Shown in pieces: positions 31,669 through 41,369 of a stretch of DNA of 43,544 nucleotides. The position numbers and the translations under genes are program-made. The notes below the pieces were generated by a model, which worked only from the letters and a program-made list of their open reading frames with translations, ran no database searches and was not told where the DNA came from. The DNA is taken from the IMG/VR virus record IMGVR_UViG_3300009086_000001; one strand, 5' to 3'. Source of the stretch: a virus. Within the stretch, counting starts at the first letter, position 1. Each line of letters begins with the position of its first letter.

Positions 31669-31986
31669 ATGGGAGCTATACAACCTACTAATAGTTTTAT
31701 GATGGATGGAATGCCAGAGACAGAGGAGGAATTGTGCCAGACTGACGCAGATTACCAAGCCATGAAAGAAAAGCTGGAAACAAGAACGCAACCAAAACAT
31801 TCGCCAATACCTCAGTTTAAGGCTGAAAAACCAAAATCTCCTAAAAAAACGGAGGCGCTTAAACAAAGGCTCGAGGCAACTTGTCTCACCGCGCTAAGAC
31901 TTATAAAAAAACATAAAAATTTTATGTGTATATTATTAATATTAATGTTTATATATTTTAATTTTAGGCATTTATTTATCGAATAA
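31669..31986 (+). CDS. Hypothetical protein with a C-terminal membrane helix
   Basis: 105 aa with a hydrophobic 'FMCILLILMFIYFNF' near the C-terminus. Confidence 0.45.
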   Translation: MGAIQPTNSFMMDGMPETEEELCQTDADYQAMKEKLETRTQPKHSPIPQFKAEKPKSPKKTEALKQRLEATCLTALRLIKKHKNFMCILLILMFIYFNFRHLFIE

Positions 31987-31992
31987 GAAAAG

Positions 31993-32313
31993 ATGAGTAA
32001 GAAAATTACAACAGCCCTCCAAAATTGGAGTACCGAACAAGATGTGAAGAGTTACATAAAACAAAGACTAGGTATAGAAAAAGAAGGAAAGAAGAATATT
32101 GATGCTATACTTGACAACGCAATAGCAAATGCTAAAGTAGAAGATGAGCCGAAATGGACACCTATGTTATTAAAAAGCATAGAGTCTGATAGTAAAAAGG
32201 CTGAAAACCCAACTAATATATTTATTGCAGCCGAAGCAATGAAAGAAAGAGGGCGTGAAATGGTAGATGTTACGCCTGAAAAAGTATCTAAATCAATTGA
32301 GGATATTATATAA
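31993..32313 (+). CDS. Candidate small terminase subunit (assigned by position only)
   Basis: 106-aa ORF immediately upstream of the large terminase. No motif recognised. Confidence 0.3.
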   Translation: MSKKITTALQNWSTEQDVKSYIKQRLGIEKEGKKNIDAILDNAIANAKVEDEPKWTPMLLKSIESDSKKAENPTNIFIAAEAMKERGREMVDVTPEKVSKSIEDII

Positions 32314-32316
32314 TGT

Positions 32317-33909
32317 ATGAGAATAACAGCTAGTCCATTAAAAAAATATAAAACTGTTAAAGAATATAAAGACTTCCTGACCAGATTTAATAATCTTGAG
32401 GATAATATCGAGAAGATTAAATTTAATCGCTTGTTGTGTAGAACAGATTTGTTTTGGTTGATATGGTATGCTTGCAGTCGTAAAGATGTAGCCCAACAAT
32501 GGCTTTTAGATAGATGTAAAGAAGTGGAAGCAGAGCCAAATGGACACTTAGACTTGTGGGCTAGGAATCATTATAAAAGTACCATCATAACATTTGGAAA
32601 AACCATTCAAGACATACTTGGTTCTCATGGTGAAGAGCCGTTGCCAGAATGGGAAAGAGAATTAACGGCTGGTATTTTCTCTATTACACGACCTTTGGCA
32701 AAAGGTTTTCTTAAGCAAGTAAAGCAAGAGTTTGAACGAAATCAATTATTAAAATCTATATTCCCCGATATTCTTTATGAGAAGCCCGAAGCACAAAGCC
32801 CTAAATGGTCAGAGGATGAGGGTATTATTGTTAAAAGAAAATCAAATCCAAAAGAAGCAACTCTAGAAGCCTGGGGTTTAATTGACGGTCAACCCACGGG
32901 TAAGCACTTTGTTCTACGTATTTATGATGATGTTGTGAACGAAAAGAGTGTAACCACTCCAGAAATGATAGCTAAAACAACCCAACAATGGCAGATGTCA
33001 TCCAACCTGGGGACAAGGGGCGGGATAGTTCGATATATCGGCACTAGGTATCACGCAAATGATACTTACGCCTTTATGTTAGAAAACGAGATTGCAACGC
33101 CCAGATTATATCCAGCAACTGAAGATGGAACGATTGATGGTAAGCCAGTATTTCTTAATCAAGATGAATTGGAGGAGAAAAGAAGAAATCAAGGAAGTTA
33201 CGTCTTTAGTTGTCAGATGCTTCAAAATCCCGTTGCTGATTCAATAGCCAACTTTAAGCAAGAATGGATTAAATACTTTGGCTCATTTCAGAAAGGTGAT
33301 AAGGTTGCCAATATATACATTACAGTTGACCCAGCGCACTCTAAGAAAAAGACTAGTGATTACACAGTTATGTGTGTCATAGCTTGTTGTGCTGATGGCA
33401 ATTACTACTTAATTGACATGATAAGAGATAGACTCTCTTTGAAAGAAAGAACCGAAAAACTATTTGAGTTACATAGACACTGGCGACCAATAGCAGTTGG
33501 CTATGAAAGATACGGGTTACAGTCTGATATTGAGCATATTAGGTGCGAAATGGATAATATCAATTATCACTTTAATGTAATTGAGTTGGCTGGTAAAGTA
33601 AGCAAGGAAGATAGGATAAGAAAGTTGCAACCATTATTTGAGCACGGACGTTTTTGGATGCCTTATCAAATTATCAAGAATAATTATGAAGGAAAAAAGC
33701 AGAATCTTATTGACATTTTCATTAAGCAAGAATATCTTAGTTTTCCAGTATCCGCACATGACGATATGTTAGATGCGATGGCTAGAATACTTGAGGATGA
33801 TTTAAACGTAGTATTTCCGAGTGAAGACTACATTGAGCAAGAGAAAAATAGTCATTATTATGAATCTTATTTATATAATGACACAAGAAGCACAGTAACT
33901 GGTTATTAA
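32317..33909 (+). CDS. terL: Terminase large subunit
   Basis: Walker A-like 'WARNHYKST', Walker B-like 'LRIYDDVV', and nuclease-domain acidic motifs 'ITVDPAHSKKKTSDYTVMCV' and 'SAHDDMLDAM'. It is 530 aa and lies directly upstream of the portal. Confidence 0.85.
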   Translation: MRITASPLKKYKTVKEYKDFLTRFNNLEDNIEKIKFNRLLCRTDLFWLIWYACSRKDVAQQWLLDRCKEVEAEPNGHLDLWARNHYKSTIITFGKTIQDILGSHGEEPLPEWERELTAGIFSITRPLAKGFLKQVKQEFERNQLLKSIFPDILYEKPEAQSPKWSEDEGIIVKRKSNPKEATLEAWGLIDGQPTGKHFVLRIYDDVVNEKSVTTPEMIAKTTQQWQMSSNLGTRGGIVRYIGTRYHANDTYAFMLENEIATPRLYPATEDGTIDGKPVFLNQDELEEKRRNQGSYVFSCQMLQNPVADSIANFKQEWIKYFGSFQKGDKVANIYITVDPAHSKKKTSDYTVMCVIACCADGNYYLIDMIRDRLSLKERTEKLFELHRHWRPIAVGYERYGLQSDIEHIRCEMDNINYHFNVIELAGKVSKEDRIRKLQPLFEHGRFWMPYQIIKNNYEGKKQNLIDIFIKQEYLSFPVSAHDDMLDAMARILEDDLNVVFPSEDYIEQEKNSHYYESYLYNDTRSTVTGY

Positions 33910-35957
33910 TGAGCGTTTCATTAGATTCTGTATTAAAGGCAGACAATATTGTTGAGATTTTGTCAGAAGAAGAACTGACCTCAATTCAACAATTTAATCA
34001 TCAAATCTTTACTCTTGACAAACAATCAAGAGAGGAGAAGGAAAAAGACTTAAAGAAATTCGTTAAGTTAGCGATGCTAGTGGCCGAGGAGAAAAGCACC
34101 CCTTGGGAAAATGCAGCTAACGTTAAATATCCACTGATAGCACAAGCCGCTTTAGATTTTGGCTCTAAATGTTATCCAGAAATAATCAAAGACAATTACA
34201 TAGTTAAACCAAAAATCATTGGTAATGATGAAGGGCAGGCAGCAGTCAATATAAATGGCGTTCCTTTACAAGATGAAGCTGGCCAAGAGATAATGCAGAA
34301 TGTTGGCGTTAAAGAACAAAGAGGACAAAGAGTCTCTGAGTTTATGAACTGGCAGTTATTCGAAGAGATTGATAATTTTGAATGTGACATGGATGTATTG
34401 TGCAACTCCTTACCAGTAGTTGGCTGTATGTTTAAAAAAGTATTCTTTGATAGTAGTCAAGATAAGGCGTGTTCAGAACTTATTTATCCCGATAAGATTA
34501 TTATCAACAATAAAGCTAAAAATCTTTACAACGCAACAATCACTCATATTATAGAGCTATATCCACATGAAGTTGTTGAGAGGATAAGGGCTGGTATATT
34601 TGTTGATTTCCAGAAAGAAGAGTCAGACGATGAAAAGATAGGTGTAATTGTAAATGATGAGAATCAACAAAACTTAGATGACGATAAAACATCAAACAAC
34701 ACAGAGGTATTTCTTGAACAGCACTGTTATTTAGACTTAGATGATGATGGTTATCAAGAACCTTATATAGTAACAATTCATCAACAATCAAACGAAATAG
34801 TTAGAATCGTTAAAAGGTTCGATAAGCAAGATATAGAATACAATGGTAAGGAAGTAAAAAGAATTAATCCGAAACATTACTTCGTGAAGTATGATTTCTT
34901 ACCATCAATAGATGGTAGTTTTTATGGCGTTGGTATCGCTCACTTGTTGTTTAACATCAACGAAACAATGAACAGCACCATTAACCAACTATTGGATGCA
35001 GGCACACTCAATAACACAGGTGGTGGATTTATAGGTCGAGGCGTTAAAATAGCTGGTGGACAGATAAGTTTAAGACCAGGAGAATGGAAAATGGCAGATG
35101 TTGGCGGTGGTTCTCTTAAGGAAAACATAGTGCCAATACCACACCCCCAACCTTCCACTACATCATTTCAATTATTAGGATTATTGAATGAATCAGGCAA
35201 CACTTTAGCAGCATTAAATGATGTACTAGACGGCCAGAATGCAGCTAACATTGCCCCTACAACTATTTTGACTATGGTTGAGCAGGGAATTAAGAAATTC
35301 AAATCTGTATATAAAAGAATACATAGATCGTTAAAAAAGGAAATTAATCTAATATACGATCTAAACTCAGAGCATTTAACGCAAAAAAAATATGCTAAAG
35401 TTTTAGATATTCCTGTTAAAGATGCTAATAAAGATGAGGATTTTAATCTAGATGATTATGATATTGTGCCTGTATCTGATATTGAATCAGTTACAAATAT
35501 GCAAAAGCTTGCTAAAGCTAACTTCTTGTCACAATTTATCAATGACCCATATATTGACCAGATGTTATTGAGGGAGCAAATTTTAGATGCTGCTAATATA
35601 GAAGATATTGATAAATTGCTAGTGCAGCCACCAGCTCCAGAACCTGATCCATTAGTTCAGATGGAGATGGAGAAGAACAAAGTTAGAGCACAGGAATTAG
35701 AGATAAAATCCATTCAAGCCCAAAGCGATATTGAAAAGATGAAGTTTGATATTGAAAAAGAAAAAGCTGAAATCGCAGAAATAAAAACTAAATCCCTACT
35801 TAATATTGCTAAAACAGAAGAGACTAACGTTAATACTGATTTAGCTACGGTTAAGCAACAACTTGAGATTTTAACGCAGGCAGTTGAGAGCCGCGCAAAG
35901 AGCAACAACGGAGAACTAGAGAATGATAGACAAGAGTCAACAACTAGAGGATCTTAA
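33909..35957 (+). CDS. Portal protein
   Basis: 682 aa with a TAATG junction to terL. A long C-terminal coiled coil ('EMEKNKVRAQELEIKSIQAQSDIEKMKFDIEKEKAEIAEIK') recalls the barrel of P22-type portals. Confidence 0.75.
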   Translation: MSVSLDSVLKADNIVEILSEEELTSIQQFNHQIFTLDKQSREEKEKDLKKFVKLAMLVAEEKSTPWENAANVKYPLIAQAALDFGSKCYPEIIKDNYIVKPKIIGNDEGQAAVNINGVPLQDEAGQEIMQNVGVKEQRGQRVSEFMNWQLFEEIDNFECDMDVLCNSLPVVGCMFKKVFFDSSQDKACSELIYPDKIIINNKAKNLYNATITHIIELYPHEVVERIRAGIFVDFQKEESDDEKIGVIVNDENQQNLDDDKTSNNTEVFLEQHCYLDLDDDGYQEPYIVTIHQQSNEIVRIVKRFDKQDIEYNGKEVKRINPKHYFVKYDFLPSIDGSFYGVGIAHLLFNINETMNSTINQLLDAGTLNNTGGGFIGRGVKIAGGQISLRPGEWKMADVGGGSLKENIVPIPHPQPSTTSFQLLGLLNESGNTLAALNDVLDGQNAANIAPTTILTMVEQGIKKFKSVYKRIHRSLKKEINLIYDLNSEHLTQKKYAKVLDIPVKDANKDEDFNLDDYDIVPVSDIESVTNMQKLAKANFLSQFINDPYIDQMLLREQILDAANIEDIDKLLVQPPAPEPDPLVQMEMEKNKVRAQELEIKSIQAQSDIEKMKFDIEKEKAEIAEIKTKSLLNIAKTEETNVNTDLATVKQQLEILTQAVESRAKSNNGELENDRQESTTRGS

Positions 35958-36201
35958 AGACTGGTTACAAAAACCAACCTCTAAAATATTTATCGATGCA
36001 ATTAAAGGTTGTATCAATCAACAAAGTGATAGATTAGTATCTACTTACAACCCCAACACTACGGAAACAGATATTAGTTTAACTATAGGGGGAATAAGGG
36101 CAATGCAAAACCTTATTACTTTTCTAGAATGTACTGAAGAAGCAGACGTTAGAAGCTTCTTACAACTTTATCATCCAAACTTTACAGAAAATGACAAATA
36201 A
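35923..36201 (+). CDS. Hypothetical protein
   Basis: 92-aa ORF overlapping the portal 3' end by 35 nt. Confidence 0.45.
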   Translation: MIDKSQQLEDLKDWLQKPTSKIFIDAIKGCINQQSDRLVSTYNPNTTETDISLTIGGIRAMQNLITFLECTEEADVRSFLQLYHPNFTENDK

Positions 36202-36487
36202 AATAATACCTACTACCTTTAGGGTTCTTGTGGAATCTCAGAAGATAGAAGAGAAAACAAAGGGTGGAATAATTATTCCTGAAGAAAAAAGAAGAAAAGA
36301 CGAAATAGCTGGTGGCTTTGGTGTTATTAAAGACTTAGGGGAAGTAGCTTTCGAGAATTGGGACAATAAGCCTAAAGTTGGCGATACGGTTATGTTTAAA
36401 TCTTACGCTGGAATTAGTGTAAAGATGGCAGACTACGACAATTGTCGACTACTAAATGACGATGAAATAATAGCAATTATAAACTAA
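36191..36487 (+). CDS. groES: GroES / Cpn10-family co-chaperonin homologue
   Basis: 98 aa. 'FRVLVESQKIEEKTKGGIIIPEE...KVGDTVMFKSYAGISVK...DDEIIAII' aligns by eye along the length of E. coli GroES ('[20 protein letters not shown]...KVGDIVIFNDGYGVKSEK...ESDILAIV'). Confidence 0.8.
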   Translation: MTNKIIPTTFRVLVESQKIEEKTKGGIIIPEEKRRKDEIAGGFGVIKDLGEVAFENWDNKPKVGDTVMFKSYAGISVKMADYDNCRLLNDDEIIAIIN

Positions 36488-36492
36488 AACAA

Positions 36493-37458
36493 ATGACAGA
36501 AGAGAATATAAAAGAAGCGGTTAATCAAGAAGTATTGGAAGCAAAAGCAGAAAATACAGAAGCGGTTAATATTGAAAAATATGACATAGCAGAGGAATAC
36601 TCAGAACCTGAAAAAGCATCTTTTACTGAAAAAAGAGAAAAGATGAAAAATTACTATCAAAATCTTGATGGAAAAGAAAAAGTTGCATGGGACAAAGGGT
36701 GGAGACCTCAAGAATTCTTTGCTGGCAAAAATAAAGACGGGTCAGATAGATCGTTTATAAGCGCAGAAGAATACCTAGAGAAAGAAAAGAATGTCCCCTC
36801 TATTGCTTTTGAAAGAAAACAAAACGAGATTGAAAAAAAGAATAAACAAATAGAGAAACTTGAAAAGCAATTAGAACAAGTTTTAAAATATAATCAGGCT
36901 AGAGAAGATAGAGAGGTAAGCACGAACTTAGATTCAATTCAACAAGAAAAAGAGGAGGCTATATTAGATGGCGATCTTGATAAAGTTAAAACCCTTGAAA
37001 AGAGAGCTCAAGAATTGCAAGAGAATAAGTTTAAATTCCAGGAAGAGCCTCAGCAACCAGCTCCAGAAGTTGCGCCTCCTCCACAACCTGCACAATTAAA
37101 TCAATCAGACCAAGAGACTCTAAGTAATTGGTTGTCAGTAAATCAGTGGTATAATAAAGATGCTAAAATGGCTGCTTATGCCAATACATATGTAGAGGAA
37201 GTAAACAGGGAATACCCTTACATGTCTTTTGCTGAAAAGCTAGATCAGGTTAAACATGAAATTGAATCTGTATTTAAAATCAATACACCAAAAGCATCAT
37301 CAGTTGAAAGTGGTAATAATAGATCTTTTGGGGGTCAATTAGGATCGGCCAAAAACTATCAGTCTTTACCTGCTGACGCAAAGAAAGCTTGCGACAGAAT
37401 GGTAAGAGAAGGAGTACTTAAAAATAAACAAGAATATATTAACGCATATTATAAATAA
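36493..37458 (+). CDS. Scaffolding protein (putative)
   Basis: 321 aa, highly acidic and helical, with a Pro/Gln-rich hinge 'EEPQQPAPEVAPPPQPAQ'. It lies between the portal and capsid genes. Confidence 0.5.
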   Translation: MTEENIKEAVNQEVLEAKAENTEAVNIEKYDIAEEYSEPEKASFTEKREKMKNYYQNLDGKEKVAWDKGWRPQEFFAGKNKDGSDRSFISAEEYLEKEKNVPSIAFERKQNEIEKKNKQIEKLEKQLEQVLKYNQAREDREVSTNLDSIQQEKEEAILDGDLDKVKTLEKRAQELQENKFKFQEEPQQPAPEVAPPPQPAQLNQSDQETLSNWLSVNQWYNKDAKMAAYANTYVEEVNREYPYMSFAEKLDQVKHEIESVFKINTPKASSVESGNNRSFGGQLGSAKNYQSLPADAKKACDRMVREGVLKNKQEYINAYYK

Positions 37459-37461
37459 ATT

Positions 37462-37959
37462 ATGGGAAAAAAGACTTTACAATTAAATAATACAAAAGAT
37501 AATGGTTTAGAATCTCTTACTAGAGAAGTGAATGAAATTCGCACAGAGGATTCTAAGGATAATGCCCCGAAGTACACAACTGCTCCCGATGGCACTAAAT
37601 ATCCTATTAGAGAAGTAAAAGAATTAAATCAAAGTGGCTTAAAATTACAAATGCCTTCGCATTTAAAAGAGCCAGGCTATCATTATGTGTGGGCTATCGA
37701 CAGAGGATCGATGGGTTATCAATCCTATGTTGATATGGGTTACACGTTTGTTGAGGGTTCTCCATCAGTTTATGGAGGAACTAAAGTAAACAATGAGCCT
37801 TATTATCATGTTTTAATGAAAATACCATTAGAACTACATCAAGAGAGACAATCAAGAGAACAAAGAGAAATAGAAGAGAAAGAACAAGCGCAGTTAAAAC
37901 CTCAAGAAAAAGGTTTACATGTGCCTGATGGCTATAATAATACAATTGGCCAACGATAA
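37462..37959 (+). CDS. Hypothetical head-module protein
   Basis: 165-aa ORF. Confidence 0.5.
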   Translation: MGKKTLQLNNTKDNGLESLTREVNEIRTEDSKDNAPKYTTAPDGTKYPIREVKELNQSGLKLQMPSHLKEPGYHYVWAIDRGSMGYQSYVDMGYTFVEGSPSVYGGTKVNNEPYYHVLMKIPLELHQERQSREQREIEEKEQAQLKPQEKGLHVPDGYNNTIGQR

Positions 37960-37984
37960 TTCAAACAATTAAATTAAAATAAAA

Positions 37985-38596
37985 ATGGCAAATCAAGATA
38001 CTCCTTTCGGTTTAAAGCCAGTTAGAAATAGATCAGGTGATATTAGAATTAATAAATATTATGTCCCTGCTTCTTACGCAACTGCTTTATTTGTAGGTGA
38101 TCCAGTAGTAAAAACTGGTACATCTAACCCACTAACTACTGTTACTGATGTAAATGCTTACGAAGCTGGTACTTTACCAGTGGTGAATAAAGCAACTGCT
38201 GGTAGCACTAATCCTATTACAGGTGTAATAGTTGGTATTGAACCTAACCCGGATAACTTAAATAGAGCTTTAAACTTTAGACCTGCATCAGAAGAAGCTG
38301 TTCTTCTTGTAGCTGATAATCCAGAAGAAGAATTTGAAATTCAAGATGATGGTGTTGTAGCTTTGACAGTAGATGATATTGGTTTAAACGCTAACTTAAT
38401 CTACACTAATGCTGGTAGCGAATTTACTGGTTCTTCTGGGGCAGAGCTTAACTCAAGCACTGTTGCTGTAACTGCAGCATTCCAGTTAAAGATCAAAAGG
38501 TTAGTCGCAAGACCAGATAACGAATTAGGTGCTAACGGTAAATATCTTGTTACCATTAACAATCATACAGAATCTACTGGCACAGCTGGTATTTAG
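37985..38596 (+). CDS. Abundant head protein (decoration or accessory capsid protein?)
   Basis: 203 aa. It has the same A/T-only leader (caattaaattaaaataaaa) as the capsid gene and lies directly upstream of it. Confidence 0.4.
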   Translation: MANQDTPFGLKPVRNRSGDIRINKYYVPASYATALFVGDPVVKTGTSNPLTTVTDVNAYEAGTLPVVNKATAGSTNPITGVIVGIEPNPDNLNRALNFRPASEEAVLLVADNPEEEFEIQDDGVVALTVDDIGLNANLIYTNAGSEFTGSSGAELNSSTVAVTAAFQLKIKRLVARPDNELGANGKYLVTINNHTESTGTAGI

Positions 38597-38620
38597 TAAC
38601 AATTAAAATTAAAATAAATT

Positions 38621-39529
38621 ATGTCAGGAATTATAGTAAAAGGTAATATACCTAAAGCCCTAAAGCCAGGTGTGGATAAATTTTGGGGTGATTATAGTCA
38701 GCGCAAAATGCAGTGGGAAGAGTTATTTGATAAATACACAAATGACGAAGCTTATGTAGAAGATGTGCTTGTCTCAGATTTTACATCTGCCCCAATTAAG
38801 GAAGAAGGAAGTGGCGTTAAATACACTTCTAATGGTCAAAAATATATCACAAGATATAACCATATTTCTTATGCTCTTGGTTTCCAAGTTTCTCGTGAAG
38901 CTAAAGATGATGGTAAATACTACGATGTAGTAATGAAAAATATGCCACGTCTTGCTGATGCAATGATGAGAACTAAGGAAATTGTTGGTGCTAATGTTTA
39001 CAACAAAGCATTTAATGCTGGTATCACTTATGGTGATGGTGCGCAGTTAATTACGGGAAGTCATAACACTGATGCTGGTTTGCAATCTAACAGATTATCT
39101 GTGGATGCTCCTTTATCTGAAACCTCCATTGAGGATATGTTGATTCAAATTTCTAACACAAGAAGTTTTGACGGTAATTTCATGGCAGTACAAGGTAGAA
39201 AGTTAATTGTACCAAATGCATTACAGTTTGAAGCAGAAAGAATTCTAAAAACAGAATTAAGACCTGCAACAGCTAATAATGACTTGAATGCTATGAAAAA
39301 TATGGGAATGTTACCAGAAGGATTTGTAACAAACCAATATTTGACTAGTCCAACAGCTTTCTTTATTAGAACAGATGTGGCGGATGGAATGAAGTATTTT
39401 GATAGAACTACTCCAGAATTTTCACAAGATGAAGATTTTGACGCAGAAGTTCATAAATACAAAATCTACTCAAGATGTTCTTTTGGTAATACCGATTGGA
39501 GAGCTATCTTCGGCACGACTGGTGCATAA
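38621..39529 (+). CDS. Major capsid protein (putative, HK97-fold size class)
   Basis: 302 aa, downstream of the scaffold gene. It has the conserved strong leader and is followed by a GC-rich terminator hairpin, as is usual for the most highly expressed late gene. Confidence 0.6.
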   Translation: MSGIIVKGNIPKALKPGVDKFWGDYSQRKMQWEELFDKYTNDEAYVEDVLVSDFTSAPIKEEGSGVKYTSNGQKYITRYNHISYALGFQVSREAKDDGKYYDVVMKNMPRLADAMMRTKEIVGANVYNKAFNAGITYGDGAQLITGSHNTDAGLQSNRLSVDAPLSETSIEDMLIQISNTRSFDGNFMAVQGRKLIVPNALQFEAERILKTELRPATANNDLNAMKNMGMLPEGFVTNQYLTSPTAFFIRTDVADGMKYFDRTTPEFSQDEDFDAEVHKYKIYSRCSFGNTDWRAIFGTTGA

Positions 39530-39536
39530 ATTTTAG

Positions 39537-39562
39537 CGAGGGGTTAGCGCCCCTCGTTCTCT
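39537..39562 (+). terminator. Rho-independent terminator / attenuator after the capsid gene
   Basis: cgagggg (39537-43), loop ttagcg, cccctcg (39550-56), then ttctct. An outer pair ttttagcg/cgctaaaa flanks the hairpin. Confidence 0.6.
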
Positions 39563-39584
39563 ATGAACGCTAAAATAAAATAAA

Positions 39585-40280
39585 ATGACTACAACAAGAT
39601 TCATAAATGGCGTAACTAACGTCACAAAACAAAACGTATTAGGGCAATATAAAAACCTTGATCCATCTATTAACCATGAGTTATTTGATGATTTTGATAC
39701 TTATAATGCTGCTGATTGGACTGTTACAACAGTTGGAACTTCTACTGAAGCCTTAGCTAATGAAGACGGCGGTGTATTGGCTTTAACAAATTCAGCTGCT
39801 GATGATGATTCAGTTTTCTTGCAAAAAGCAAGTGCTTCATTTTTAATGGAACTAGGAAAGAAAACCTTTTTTAAAGCTAGATTTAAGCTATTAGATGCTA
39901 CTGAAAGTGACGCTGTAATTGGTTTACAAATTACTGACGCAACACCTCTTGACGTGACTGATGGTGTTTTCTTTAGAAAAGATGATGGTGATGCTAATCT
40001 TGATTTTGTGGTAGAGAAAGATGACACCGCAACTGAAGCAACAGCAATCACAACTTTAGAAAATGATACTTATATCACAGTGGGCTTTGCTTTTGATGGT
40101 AAAGAAAAGATTGAGTATTTCGCAGGAGCAAACAGCAAGAACCCTACAAGATTGGGTCAAGTGACTATTGAGAATTTACCAGATGATGAGGTGTTGACCG
40201 TTTCATTTGGTGTTCAAAATGGTACTACCGTTGCAAATTCTATGAGTATAGATTACTTATTAACTGCAAAAGAAAGGTAA
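39585..40280 (+). CDS. Hypothetical structural protein
   Basis: 231 aa that looks beta-rich, with an A-rich leader. Confidence 0.5.
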   Translation: MTTTRFINGVTNVTKQNVLGQYKNLDPSINHELFDDFDTYNAADWTVTTVGTSTEALANEDGGVLALTNSAADDDSVFLQKASASFLMELGKKTFFKARFKLLDATESDAVIGLQITDATPLDVTDGVFFRKDDGDANLDFVVEKDDTATEATAITTLENDTYITVGFAFDGKEKIEYFAGANSKNPTRLGQVTIENLPDDEVLTVSFGVQNGTTVANSMSIDYLLTAKER

Positions 40281-40281
40281 T

Positions 40282-40605
40282 ATGAGACCTATTAAGATAG
40301 AGCTTGATACTAATCAAGCGCAAAGTCAAGTAATCCCTATTAATTGGAGAGGGGGAATATTAACTATTAATATTGATATTAAGAGTGGATCCCCTAATTT
40401 AACAGTTCAGCAGACTTTTGACGATATACAAAATACTCCTGCTGGAGATGTAAACTGGCAAAATGCGCCTTCTACTAAATTAGTAGGTCTTACAACTTCT
40501 TTAAATGAGGCTTATGAAGGCGTTCCAACGGCTTTAAGAGTGTTAGTAAATAACACTCCTATTACTTCGGTTACTTTTATAACTATAACTCAAAGAGATA
40601 TGTAA
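40282..40605 (+). CDS. Hypothetical structural protein
   Basis: 107-aa ORF. Confidence 0.5.
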   Translation: MRPIKIELDTNQAQSQVIPINWRGGILTINIDIKSGSPNLTVQQTFDDIQNTPAGDVNWQNAPSTKLVGLTTSLNEAYEGVPTALRVLVNNTPITSVTFITITQRDM

Positions 40606-40826
40606 TGGGCTATAACGTAATTTGTGATCGTTCTGGATTTAAAAGAAAAAGAAAGGATTGCAGAAAGCAATGGGATGGTTTGTTGGTTTTGGATAAATTT
40701 TGGGAAAGAAGACAGCCGCAGGATAAATTACCTGCTGCGATTGATAATCTTACTGTCTCAGATCCAAGACCAGAGCCAAAAGATGTTTTTGTTGATCGTG
40801 TAACTGTGGAGGATTTATGCCCTTAA
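40605..40826 (+). CDS. Hypothetical protein
   Basis: 73-aa ORF with a TAATG junction. Confidence 0.5.
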   Translation: MGYNVICDRSGFKRKRKDCRKQWDGLLVLDKFWERRQPQDKLPAAIDNLTVSDPRPEPKDVFVDRVTVEDLCP

Positions 40827-40972
40827 AAAAAGGAAAAAGTAAAAAGACAATATCTAGTAACATTAAGAAAGAGATTAAGGCTGGCAAGCCAAAGAAACAG
40901 GCTGTAGCTATTGCATATTCTGTTGCTGGAAAAAGTAAGCGTAAAAAGAAATATGAAGAAGCATTATTTTAA
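40817..40972 (+). CDS. Small basic protein (51 aa; not in ORF track)
   Basis: SD GGAGGA lies 3 nt upstream of the ATG. '[45 protein letters not shown]' resembles a widespread small basic protein family ('...KQAVAIA.S.AG'). Confidence 0.5.
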   Translation: MPLKKGKSKKTISSNIKKEIKAGKPKKQAVAIAYSVAGKSKRKKKYEEALF

Positions 40973-41369
40973 TTTACACAAAGAAAAAGATAGAGAGTTA
41001 TTTTATCCTATTATTAGTAATTGGTGGAAAAAATGGAAACAAACCCCAATTCCACCCAAAGCATTACCAGAAACAGGGTTAATGATTTCTAATAAAGGAA
41101 TATTTATTTGTTGTGGATTTTTATATAAGACTGATAGTATAATGTCTATTATTGGTTGGATAATTAGCAACCCCAACAAAGAACATAGAGAATTAAGAAC
41201 AGGAGCAATAGAACTTCTGATAGAGAGCCTTGAGAACTTAGCAAAACAAATGGGATTTGAGGCTTTTTTTGTACCAGCTCGCAATCCCAATTTAATAAAA
41301 AAGCTAAATTCATTAGGTTACGATCTAGAAAAAGCAGATCGCAATATTAATAATTTTATCAAAATATAA
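40953..41369 (+). CDS. Possible GNAT-family acetyltransferase
   Basis: The ATG at 40953 avoids most of the overlap with 40817..40972. '[29 protein letters not shown]...[10 protein letters not shown]' looks like GNAT motif A and its following strand. Tentative. Confidence 0.35.
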   Translation: MKKHYFNLHKEKDRELFYPIISNWWKKWKQTPIPPKALPETGLMISNKGIFICCGFLYKTDSIMSIIGWIISNPNKEHRELRTGAIELLIESLENLAKQMGFEAFFVPARNPNLIKKLNSLGYDLEKADRNINNFIKI

